Positions 7,855 to 16,423 are shown, numbered from the stretch's first letter. The stretch is DNA of 26,604 bases from Candidatus Stygibacter frigidus (GCA_030765325.1 JAVCCT010000055.1:1-26604); one strand, 5' to 3'. A program made the numbers and translations. The notes: a model not told the origin generated them from the letters alone.

Positions 7855-10800
7855 ATGAAAAAATGTCTATTATTCATTTTACTCATTGTCAGTTTTATGA
7901 TGTTTGCTGATACTGAAATCCCTGCGGGACCAGTCAGCGGCAACTGGAACCTGGTTGGTAGCCCTTACAACATTAACGGAGAAATCCAAATTGAAGTGGG
8001 AACTTCTTTAACCATCGATGCCGGTGTAACTGTCAATTTTACCGGTCATTACAAATTTATTGTTCTTGGTCAGATTCTGGCTGTAGGAACTAATGGAAAT
8101 GAGATAATTTTCACTGCAGATAACGATGTTACTGGTTGGAGCGGTTTTAGATTTTTAAATACTACAACTACCGGACAACCAGAATCTCAATTGATTTATT
8201 GCAATATTGAGTATGGTAGGGCAACCGGTGTCTCTCCAAATTATCAAGGTGGAGCATTATACTGCCTTAATTCCTCTGAATTACTGATTCAGTATTGTTC
8301 TTTTTCAGATAATAGTGCTACTACTGGTGGAACTATGTATCTTCAAAATTCTGATATAGAGATGAATTTTGTAGAGATAACAGGTGGTGATGCCACTGGT
8401 GCTGGTGGTGGTATCTATTTAAATAGCTCAGATATTATCCTGACAGATGCTGAAATTACCGGAAATACTGCTGTTTATGATGGTGGTGGTATAAATTGTT
8501 TTGCTTCTGATCCTGTTTTAACCCGCGTTCTTATCGCAGGAAACACTACTGAATGGAATGGAGGTGGTATTTCTGTATTTAATAATTCCTCTCCTACATT
8601 CACAAAGCTTACTTTAGCGCAGAATCAGTCTAATCAAAATGGCTCCGCTATTGCCTGTCTGTATGGTTCTGTCATCAATATGGTTAATTCCATTGTCTGG
8701 AATAATACCTATAATGCTATATATGTTGAACAGGGTACTACATGCAATATCACATATTCTGATCTCGCTACTGGCTCTGGTCAAAGTTATTATGGAACTG
8801 GATGCATTACTGCTAATCCACTATTTACTAATCCTGCTATTGGTGATTATTCCCTTTCCTGGTATAATGTGCCTACTCATGATGAAACCATGTCACCATG
8901 TATAGATAGCGGTGATCCTGATGGTGATCTTGATCCTGACGGTACTATTGCTGATATGGGTGCAGTTTTTTATATTCAAACTGGTATCCAGGGTATTGTC
9001 ACTTTGATCGAAGGCAACGGAGCAGTGGAAGATGTGGTAATAACTGCTACTTTGTTAGCGCCCCCAAACACTGAATATGTTGCAAATCCTAATGCTGATG
9101 GCAATTATATGTTGAGCATTCCTTCTGGTTCTTATGAAGTTGTAGCTGTCTTGGCAGGTTACAGCACAGAAACTATTGAATTAGTGGAAGTTGCCGCTGA
9201 ACTGGTGACTTTGGATATCGAACTAACAATTCCACCTCCAGGAGAAATTGTGGGTGTGGTTACTGTGGAAGGGATTGGAGACCCTTCAACTGTTTTGATT
9301 CAAACTGGTGCTTATTCTACCTATCCTTATGCCGTATTGGATATCTTTACTCACGAAATACTCTATTATGAATATACATTGAGTTTAAGTCCTGGCGTAT
9401 ATACTACTTTAACCGCTTCCCTGGCTGGGTATGTAACTCAAACTGAGGAAAACGTGGTTGTGGTTTCTGGACAGCAGACACTAGGCATGGATTTTTATCT
9501 GCCTTTGGTCACCAATGACGGTACTATTTCAGGAACTGTTCAATTGATAGGTGCTGGAGCCGGAAATGTAGAAGATGTGATTATTACTACCGGAGGTGAA
9601 ACTCTTTCTCCTGCCGCTGATGGTACTTATGAAATTACGTTAGAAAATGGGGTATATGATGTTACTGCCTCTCTGGATGGTTATTCTCAGCTTGTCCACC
9701 GAGATATTGATGTAATCGCTTTCCAGAATACTCCTAATATCGATTTTGATCTTATTTCTGGCTGGGAGCAGATTGATGGTACACTGTATAACATGGTTAT
9801 TTATGCTACTATAACCTATGATGGCGGATTCCTTACCAATGAAGGCAGTAATCAGTTAGCAGCATTTGGCTATGATGAAACTGGCACTATTGAACAGTGC
9901 CGCGGAACTGCTACCTGGATTGAAGGTAGCTATAGTTTTTGGGATAATTTCTTCCCTTTGGATGGCTTCTGGTATATAACAATCGTAAGTGATGATAATA
10001 GTGGAACTGAGCCGCTCTGGTTTGATTTTTATAATTCAGAAACAGGATCCATTGATGAATGTAATGAGAATATCTTTTTTGTAGATGGGGTCTATGATAT
10101 CGGATATAACCTTACGATTGATTCTCCTCTTACCAATGTCACTTATGACCTGGTAGCAGGCTGGAACTGGGTTTCTTTCAATAGAATTCCGGATGATCCC
10201 TCTGTGTCAGAGGTATTTGATGTCCTTGATGATGTTCCAGATATTTTCTATGTGAAAAATCAGGTTGCTTTCGCTCAGTATGATATTCCCAGTACCATGT
10301 GGGTTGGTGGATTAAACAATATTGGCTGGGATACGGGCTACAAAATCCAGATGCACAATGATTATGATGATTTCACATTTTCTGGTCAAATGATAAATAC
10401 TATCACGCATGCAATCAATATTCAGGAGGGCTGGAACTGGATTAGTTATATTCCAGAAACATCTTTGCCAATTGCTGAAGCTTTGCAGAGTATTTCTATC
10501 TCTGATAGTACCTGCCTTAAAACTCAGTCTAAATCTGCTGTTTATTTCGGTTCCTGGATTGGTGATCTGGAATATATGGAAGCTGGAAAAGCATATTTAC
10601 TTAGCTGGCCCATAGAACCTCCTACAGAAGGCTTATTTCTGGTGTATCCTCCTGATACTGAAGAAGTGCGTTCTGCAATAGATGTTCAGCCTATATCTAA
10701 TCTGGCAAACTGGCAGCCAGTTACTGGTAATAAATCAAACATGATCCTTATGGCTCAGGTTAGCGATAATGGAATTAAAATCGACAATGATGCTCAATAT

Positions 10801-11307
10801 TCAGTTGGAGTATTCGATAATAATGGTAATTGCCGCAGCATTGGAAAACTTGAAGGGGATTTCTGGTATTTCACGATCACAGGCGACGAAACAGAACTAC
10901 TGGAATTCAGAATCTATGACAATGCTGCCAAAAACACTGTAGTTTCAATCCAATCTATCAGATTCGAAGCTGACACCATGGTTGGAAATCCAAATCGCCT
11001 GTTTGAAATTGATTTCCAGACTGGAAATGTACCCGTTAATTCAATGCAGCTCATTCTTAAAGGGAATTATCCTAACCCCTTCAATCCTACTACGGTAATA
11101 AACTATAATATCCCTGAAGCCGGACTGGTTAATCTCGCTATTTATAATGTGAAAGGACAGTTAGTGGAAACTCTGGTTAGCTCACATCAGGATTCTGGGG
11201 AATATAATATCAATTGGAGTGCAGACGAACAAAGTTCTGGGATATATTTCTATAAATTGCAGTGGGGCGGCAATCAAATCACCCGTAAGTGCATTTTAAT
11301 GAAGTAA
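7855..11307 (+). CDS. Large secreted surface protein: right-handed beta-helix, carboxypeptidase-regulatory-like repeats, uncharacterised modules, and a FlgD-Ig/T9SS type A-like C-terminal domain
   Basis: AGGAGG RBS and signal peptide. GNWNLVGSPY...LTIDAGVTV, repeated GGGI beta-helix turns, SPCIDSGDP...DMGA, three G.I.G.V...G.YEV.A.L.GY repeats, and a C-terminal GNYPNPFNPTTVINY...IYNVKGQLV...SSGIYFYKL...KCILMK. Confidence 0.8.
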   Translation: MKKCLLFILLIVSFMMFADTEIPAGPVSGNWNLVGSPYNINGEIQIEVGTSLTIDAGVTVNFTGHYKFIVLGQILAVGTNGNEIIFTADNDVTGWSGFRFLNTTTTGQPESQLIYCNIEYGRATGVSPNYQGGALYCLNSSELLIQYCSFSDNSATTGGTMYLQNSDIEMNFVEITGGDATGAGGGIYLNSSDIILTDAEITGNTAVYDGGGINCFASDPVLTRVLIAGNTTEWNGGGISVFNNSSPTFTKLTLAQNQSNQNGSAIACLYGSVINMVNSIVWNNTYNAIYVEQGTTCNITYSDLATGSGQSYYGTGCITANPLFTNPAIGDYSLSWYNVPTHDETMSPCIDSGDPDGDLDPDGTIADMGAVFYIQTGIQGIVTLIEGNGAVEDVVITATLLAPPNTEYVANPNADGNYMLSIPSGSYEVVAVLAGYSTETIELVEVAAELVTLDIELTIPPPGEIVGVVTVEGIGDPSTVLIQTGAYSTYPYAVLDIFTHEILYYEYTLSLSPGVYTTLTASLAGYVTQTEENVVVVSGQQTLGMDFYLPLVTNDGTISGTVQLIGAGAGNVEDVIITTGGETLSPAADGTYEITLENGVYDVTASLDGYSQLVHRDIDVIAFQNTPNIDFDLISGWEQIDGTLYNMVIYATITYDGGFLTNEGSNQLAAFGYDETGTIEQCRGTATWIEGSYSFWDNFFPLDGFWYITIVSDDNSGTEPLWFDFYNSETGSIDECNENIFFVDGVYDIGYNLTIDSPLTNVTYDLVAGWNWVSFNRIPDDPSVSEVFDVLDDVPDIFYVKNQVAFAQYDIPSTMWVGGLNNIGWDTGYKIQMHNDYDDFTFSGQMINTITHAINIQEGWNWISYIPETSLPIAEALQSISISDSTCLKTQSKSAVYFGSWIGDLEYMEAGKAYLLSWPIEPPTEGLFLVYPPDTEEVRSAIDVQPISNLANWQPVTGNKSNMILMAQVSDNGIKIDNDAQYSVGVFDNNGNCRSIGKLEGDFWYFTITGDETELLEFRIYDNAAKNTVVSIQSIRFEADTMVGNPNRLFEIDFQTGNVPVNSMQLILKGNYPNPFNPTTVINYNIPEAGLVNLAIYNVKGQLVETLVSSHQDSGEYNINWSADEQSSGIYFYKLQWGGNQITRKCILMK

Positions 11308-11324
11308 ATAGATTTTTAGAATAT

Positions 11325-11352
11325 GACCCCGGATTATATCCGGGGTCTTTTT
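11325..11352 (+). terminator. Rho-independent terminator
   Basis: GACCCCGGA-TTATA-TCCGGGGTC is a perfect 9-bp stem followed by TTTTT, 17 nt after the stop codon. Confidence 0.8.
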
Positions 11353-11368
11353 GCTTAGGAGAGTTGTT

Positions 11369-12076
11369 TTGAAGTATCATATATTTGTCCTGCTTGTTAT
11401 TTGTTCTCTGGCTCTATATGCTGATCCACCTGTTTGGGAACCCATAACCGGGACAGAATTTTCTATGATCCTTTTTGCCCGTATTGCTTATAATGAAACT
11501 TATCTAACTAATAATAACCAGCATATTGTAGCTGCCTTTGGTCCTGGTGGCGATGAAGATTGCCGCTGTATTGCCGACTGGCAGGATTATGATCCCTATG
11601 GTTTCTGGTGTTTTAATATTGTGGGCAATACCGATGGTGAGATGATCACATTTAAATTTTATAACAGTATCACTGATAATATCTATGAATGCCCGCAGAT
11701 TTATGAATTTCTGGATAATGCAAATATTGGTTCTCCATCATCTCCAGACGAATTGATTTTTTATTCTTCCTCAGAACAAAATAGTGAACTCTCATTATAT
11801 AATTCAACAAAGCTTAATATTTATCCTAATCCATTCAATCCTGACACAAATATCAATTTTAACCTGAAAGAAGCTCAAAAGGTAAACCTATCTATTTATA
11901 ATTTGAAAGGACAAAGAATAATCAATCTGATCAACGGTATGCTACCTGAAGGAACTCACAGAGTAGTTTGGAATGGAATTGATCAACTTGATCACAAAGT
12001 TAGTTCGGGGATATATCTTATTAAGCTTTCACTTCCATACACGATCATCACACAGAAAACTCTATTATTGAAATAA
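11369..12076 (+). CDS. Small secreted protein: one uncharacterised module plus a FlgD-Ig/T9SS type A-like C-terminal domain
   Basis: TTG 11369 follows AGGAGAG (11357-11363) and gives a clean signal peptide (MKYHIFVLLVICSLALYA/DPP). The C-terminus reads IYPNPFNPDTNINF...IYNLKGQ...VVWNGIDQ...SSGIYLIKL...KTLLLK. Confidence 0.75.
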   Translation: MKYHIFVLLVICSLALYADPPVWEPITGTEFSMILFARIAYNETYLTNNNQHIVAAFGPGGDEDCRCIADWQDYDPYGFWCFNIVGNTDGEMITFKFYNSITDNIYECPQIYEFLDNANIGSPSSPDELIFYSSSEQNSELSLYNSTKLNIYPNPFNPDTNINFNLKEAQKVNLSIYNLKGQRIINLINGMLPEGTHRVVWNGIDQLDHKVSSGIYLIKLSLPYTIITQKTLLLK

Positions 12077-12149
12077 TCCACCCTAACTAAGCAGGAACGG
12101 TACTCCGTCAAAACTCCTGGCGACCGTTATACTCAACCCCTGTCGTCTG

Positions 12150-12578
12150 CTAATCTTTTTCCAGAAACTCCATTATCTGTTGCCTGATCTCATCTCTCAC
12201 CCTGCGGGTTTGCTGAAGTATTTCTGACTCAGTGCCTTTAAATGAAGATGGGTCTTTAAAACTCCAGTGTATCATGTCATCTATTACCAGTCCAGAGAAA
12301 ATCGGACAGCGTTCAGCAGAGGTTTTATCACATAATGTGATCAGAGATGAATATGATCTGCCTTCTCTAAAATATTTGAATACACTGTTACACTCATTAC
12401 CGGATATATCTATCCCGATCTCCTGCATCACCTTAACGACATTAGGATTAAGTTTGTTAGGTTCAAGACCAGCACTTTCGGCAATAAATCTATCTCCGCC
12501 CAGTGAATTGCAAAAAGCTTCTGCCATTTGACTCCGCGCAGAATTATGTATGCAAACGAAAAGAACTTTCTTCTTCAT
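12150..12578 (-). CDS. arsC: Arsenate reductase ArsC (LMW protein-tyrosine-phosphatase fold, thioredoxin type)
   Basis: P-loop [15 protein letters not shown], a second Cys pair [18 protein letters not shown], and a GGAGGT RBS. Confidence 0.85.
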   Translation of the reverse strand: MKKKVLFVCIHNSARSQMAEAFCNSLGGDRFIAESAGLEPNKLNPNVVKVMQEIGIDISGNECNSVFKYFREGRSYSSLITLCDKTSAERCPIFSGLVIDDMIHWSFKDPSSFKGTESEILQQTRRVRDEIRQQIMEFLEKD

Positions 12579-12667
12579 AATTACCTCCGTAACATCAATA
12601 TCAATTCTACAAATTTATTCCTGCAAATTGTACATCAGTAAAAACAATCGGTAGAGAGGCTAAACTC

Positions 12668-12707
12668 TATAAGACCTATAGGTCATATAAGTCCTATAGG
12701 TCTTATA
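12668..12707. repeat. Palindromic repeat with 9-nt periodicity
   Basis: TATAAGACCTATAGG (12668-12682) and CCTATAGGTCTTATA (12693-12707) form a perfect 15-bp inverted repeat. The units are TATAAGACC/TATAGGTCA/TATAAGTCC/TATAGGTCT. Confidence 0.8.
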
Positions 12708-12716
12708 AAAATAGAA

Positions 12717-14003
12717 CTAAATCGCCACATGCACATTATCGACCAGAATCGAGGGCATCCAGTTTGATCCAGTGCAATGGAGTGTATCTTCCACAGCATC
12801 AATTTTCTTGAGCATTTTATAGATATTACCTGAAACCATACCTTCTTTGAGTCTGCCAATGATTTTGCCATTCTCCACATATAAACCCGGAGAAACTCCT
12901 AAAGAAAAATCTCCATTAGGCAGGTTACCACTATGCGCACCCAGCATGCTTTCCAGGATAACTCCCCGTTCCATGCTCTGCACCATCTCAGTAAAAGATG
13001 TATGTCCTGGCTGCATTCTCAAATTATGCAGTACAGGGGCAGGAAGAGAGGTCATTGAACCACGTATCCCATGACCTGTAGGTCTTTCATTTAATTTTTG
13101 GGCATAATTGAGATCATTGAATCTTTTCTCAAATACTCCATTTTTAATGATATTATGCCGATGACATACCACTCCTTCATCATCAAAGGGACGGCAACCG
13201 GGATATTGCTCATCCAGAGGGTCAGTGAAAAGTGCTAGTTTCTCATCAAATATCCGTATTCCAAGTTTCTCGGCAATAGGCGTGACTTTATCGTAATAAC
13301 TCTGTGAACTGGCTCCCAGGGCGAGACGCCAGGTGAGAGCATACATGGTCATTGGAGTAAATAATACCTGCATCTCTCCACCTGCTGGTTGCACAATATT
13401 TTTCCCTGCTTCATATCTGGCGATCATCCTGTCCAGAATATCATGATCAAGTGACCTGAAAGCTTTATCTATTATGCAATAGCTGATCCCTGATGCACTG
13501 CCGGGATATACGAGGGTAAAATACATATAATATGAGCTGCTCTGATGCGTCAAATCCGTGCCATTGGTATTGATGACTTCAATACTGCTGATGTCCTTTC
13601 CAGCATATGTTTCTGATTCAGCATCAGTTTTCTGCTTGATATAATCACTCACTTTCTTACATTCATCAGCTATCAGATCAGCATTTACACTCTCGATATC
13701 AGATTTATAACTCTCCAGACTCTCCACCAGGGGACTGTGAGGAAATTGATATTCCGCTTTTACTCCACCCAGCATGGAATTTTCAGCATTCTTAATAAGT
13801 TCATCATTGGAATGAAGATTTCTGGTATAGGCAAAACCAAGCATTTTATCTCTGATCGCCCTCATGCTGACAGCTGACTGGATATTATTATCTATATTCT
13901 GTAAAGCAGCACTTTGAAACTGGATCGAAGTGGATTCTTCCTTACTCCGGAAAATCTCTACCTGGTCAAATTTCTCTTTTGCAGATTGTAATATATCTTT
14001 CAT
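12717..14003 (-). CDS. TldE/PmbA-family protein (non-catalytic subunit)
   Basis: TldD/PmbA-family C-terminal motifs (PFDDEGV, GDFSLGV.PGLYVENGKI, GMVSGNIY) with no HExxxH. TAATG overlap with tldD and a GGAGGT RBS. Confidence 0.8.
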   Translation of the reverse strand: MKDILQSAKEKFDQVEIFRSKEESTSIQFQSAALQNIDNNIQSAVSMRAIRDKMLGFAYTRNLHSNDELIKNAENSMLGGVKAEYQFPHSPLVESLESYKSDIESVNADLIADECKKVSDYIKQKTDAESETYAGKDISSIEVINTNGTDLTHQSSSYYMYFTLVYPGSASGISYCIIDKAFRSLDHDILDRMIARYEAGKNIVQPAGGEMQVLFTPMTMYALTWRLALGASSQSYYDKVTPIAEKLGIRIFDEKLALFTDPLDEQYPGCRPFDDEGVVCHRHNIIKNGVFEKRFNDLNYAQKLNERPTGHGIRGSMTSLPAPVLHNLRMQPGHTSFTEMVQSMERGVILESMLGAHSGNLPNGDFSLGVSPGLYVENGKIIGRLKEGMVSGNIYKMLKKIDAVEDTLHCTGSNWMPSILVDNVHVAI

Positions 14004-15367
14004 TAATTACCTCCGATCACAAGATTTTTCACTATAATTTGCGGTCCACCAAAGCAGGAGCGGATATTAGTTTGTCCTTTACCACAACCTCCGCGTTTGG
14101 TGAATTGCAGATCATCACCTATGGCGGAGATATTCTGCAATGTTTCATAAAGATTACCTGATACATTGATATCACGCACCATTTTACCCAGTTTACCGTC
14201 TTTCACTTCATAACCATATTGAGCTCCAAAGGTAAAATTATCTCCAGAAGTTTGACCACCTTTGGGATCGCATAGGTAAATGCCGTCTCCAAGCTTGTGC
14301 AATAACTCTTCAAAACTATCTTCACCCTTATCAATATAGATTGTTCCCATTCTTATAATTGGTGCAAATCTGAAATCTTCGGCGATATTATGACCACTCA
14401 CCGGCTCATCAAAATCTACTGCTGTCCGGCGAGAATGAAGTCTGCCTGTTAATATTCCCTCTTTCATTAATTGTACTTTTCTCACTGCCACGCCTTCATC
14501 ATCATATTTATAAAAGCCCAAAAGCCCTTCCTGGGTAGCATCATCTATTATGTTTACCAGATTTGAACCGAGTTTATTGCCTATTTCCATTTTTTCCCGC
14601 AAGGCTGGTAGCGATTCTATCAAGTCCGCCTCAGAAAAATGTCCAAATGCCTCATGCGTAAATACTCCCGTCATCATATGATTAAGGATGCAGTTGTATT
14701 TGCCACCTTTGATTGGTTCTGCTTCCAGCAGATCAACCGCTATGCCTGCCCGTTTGGCAAAATTATCTTCCTGACCACGTACACTCTGAAATCCATCACT
14801 CCCGCCAGCTGAAATCCGCACATTCTGGATCACATTACCACTTTTGCTTTTAATATCTCCTGATAATACCGTAGTTACCAGTTCCTCAAATATCTCGCTG
14901 CCTTCACTATTTACAAAGTACTTTTCCCTGATAATATCTGCATAACTAAGATCGACATTGATTATTTTCTCTTGCTGAAGTGGTATTTTCACATATTTTT
15001 TCATCAAGGATATCTTTTCATCCATGCTCACTTCTCGTGGATCCTCTGCTAAAAGAGGCTTAAATTTATCTTGCACCACTTCAATTGCTGCCAGATTCAC
15101 AGATTTATTACGATATTTTCCCATCACAACTGCACTCTCAAGTGCCGATTTTATGGCTTTATCAGCATCATTTAAAGAAGTAAAAGCTACTGCTGACATG
15201 CCCCCTCCCTTTAATACACGGATTACGTAACCATCTGTGCTGCTGCTGGTTACTGATGTCAATTCCTCATTATTAAAATGCAGGGCATTATCATAACGCA
15301 TTTCATAACGTATATCGCAGTACTCAGCATCCACTTTCTGTAACAAAGTTTTTAATTTCTCAATCAT
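14003..15367 (-). CDS. tldD: TldD-family metalloprotease
   Basis: HEAFGHFSEAD (HExxxH), YDDEGV, IRMGTIYI, a C-terminal CGKGQ zinc-ligand Cys, and an AGGAG RBS. Confidence 0.88.
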   Translation of the reverse strand: MIEKLKTLLQKVDAEYCDIRYEMRYDNALHFNNEELTSVTSSSTDGYVIRVLKGGGMSAVAFTSLNDADKAIKSALESAVVMGKYRNKSVNLAAIEVVQDKFKPLLAEDPREVSMDEKISLMKKYVKIPLQQEKIINVDLSYADIIREKYFVNSEGSEIFEELVTTVLSGDIKSKSGNVIQNVRISAGGSDGFQSVRGQEDNFAKRAGIAVDLLEAEPIKGGKYNCILNHMMTGVFTHEAFGHFSEADLIESLPALREKMEIGNKLGSNLVNIIDDATQEGLLGFYKYDDEGVAVRKVQLMKEGILTGRLHSRRTAVDFDEPVSGHNIAEDFRFAPIIRMGTIYIDKGEDSFEELLHKLGDGIYLCDPKGGQTSGDNFTFGAQYGYEVKDGKLGKMVRDINVSGNLYETLQNISAIGDDLQFTKRGGCGKGQTNIRSCFGGPQIIVKNLVIGGN

Positions 15368-15402
15368 AACTGCTCCTGTAATATTAACTCGATACCTGCT
15401 AA

Positions 15403-15430
15403 ATTTTACTTATTAGAATAATATAGTCAA
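15403..15430 (-). promoter_or_regulatory. Sigma70-type promoter candidate for tldD
   Basis: Minus strand TTGACT (15430-15425), N16, TAAAAT (15408-15403), about 35 nt upstream of the tldD start. Confidence 0.55.
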
Positions 15431-15468
15431 TTTAATTCTTGATTTATATCAATTTCCACGCGAATTAT

Positions 15469-15515
15469 AAAAAAAAGAGTAACCGGGTTATAGATCCTAA
15501 GATCTCCGGTTACTC
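15469..15515 (-). terminator. Rho-independent terminator-like hairpin on the minus strand
   Basis: GAGTAACCGG/CCGGTTACTC 10-bp stem (15477-15486/15506-15515), an inner AGATC/GATCT stem, and a T8 run (A8 on +, 15469-15476). Confidence 0.6.
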
Positions 15516-15847
15516 CGATTCTGCATCGACACACTCGACAAAATTACCTCCGAGTATAACGTGTTCGACGCTTATTCCAGATGTATAATAAACTACTCTT
15601 TTTCACTGTTCCCCCTGTTTCCCTACTACAAATCTTGCTTTCCGTTCATTCCACTGCTTCACAAATCCCCTTTTCTTCATTTCTCTGTCCCCCAGTTCTT
15701 ATTTTTACTTATTACTATTGCAAATACAGTACCAACCTGAAAAAGAATAATAAATTAAAAATGAATAGTGTGTCTAATTAACTAAAATATAACACTTTAG
15801 ATATTGCAAGATAATCCCATCTACTCGCTGAATCAAAACCATTCACC

Positions 15848-15892
15848 TTATCATAATGATAAATATCACATCTTGCCTTATCATTATGATAA
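15848..15892. promoter_or_regulatory. Two perfect 7-1-7 palindromes TTATCAT-N-ATGATAA (operator-like)
   Basis: Copies at 15848-15862 and 15878-15892, both preceded by CC and 30 bp apart. A degenerate third copy lies at 15926-15940. Confidence 0.5.
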
Positions 15893-16317
15893 TAAAGGGC
15901 ATGCCTTGCTTCAACTATTTCTATATTATCATCATAATATAATCTATATCAAACGTAATATGCTCCAAAAAAAATAAAATAAAATCTAAATGACCCAGAA
16001 CCGCAATTTCAACCGATAATTCCTGACGTTTCCCTAAAAATTACCTTAATATACTCTGATAACACCCATCATGGCCATAAGGTCACCTTTTAGCTGGAAA
16101 ATGGAGAAATAGAACAGAATTACTATGATTTAAAAGATGAAAATGATGATATTATTCCGAGGAGGAGAAAATTGGCTAAAATGGGCTTTGCGAATTTGAT
16201 GGTAAACTCTGGATATTGGATTATGAAGTAGCCCTTCATTCAATGACAACATAAGCATCACATCATAAATATCTGTTACTTTTAACGTGTCTTTGATAAT
16301 TTTGTTGTACATCTGTC

Positions 16318-16423
16318 GTCACCATCCGGGAGGTCTATCGACCATCCAGAAGTCAACTTAGCCCTGTTCAATATCTCCCATCTGAAACCTTCTGGATGGT
16401 CGGAGACCTCCTGAATGGTTGAC
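16318..16423. repeat. Imperfect ~33-bp inverted repeat (REP/MITE-like)
   Basis: Perfect 14-bp core CGACCATCCAGAAG (16339-16352) / CTTCTGGATGGTCG (16389-16402), extending with few mismatches to 16318/16423. Confidence 0.65.

Noticed and set aside
15983-16231. Possible gene remnant on + (NDPEPQFQPIIPDVSLKITLIYSDNTHHGHKVTF*LENGEIEQNYYDLKDE...GYWIMK*)
   Set aside because: It has no start codon, one internal TAG and no recognisable family motif, so it cannot be supported without a tblastx search.
16130-16312. 60-aa minus-strand ORF containing 'LLHNP', reminiscent of RAYT 'YIHxNP'
   Set aside because: It lacks the HUH motif and any other RAYT features, has no RBS, and is too short.
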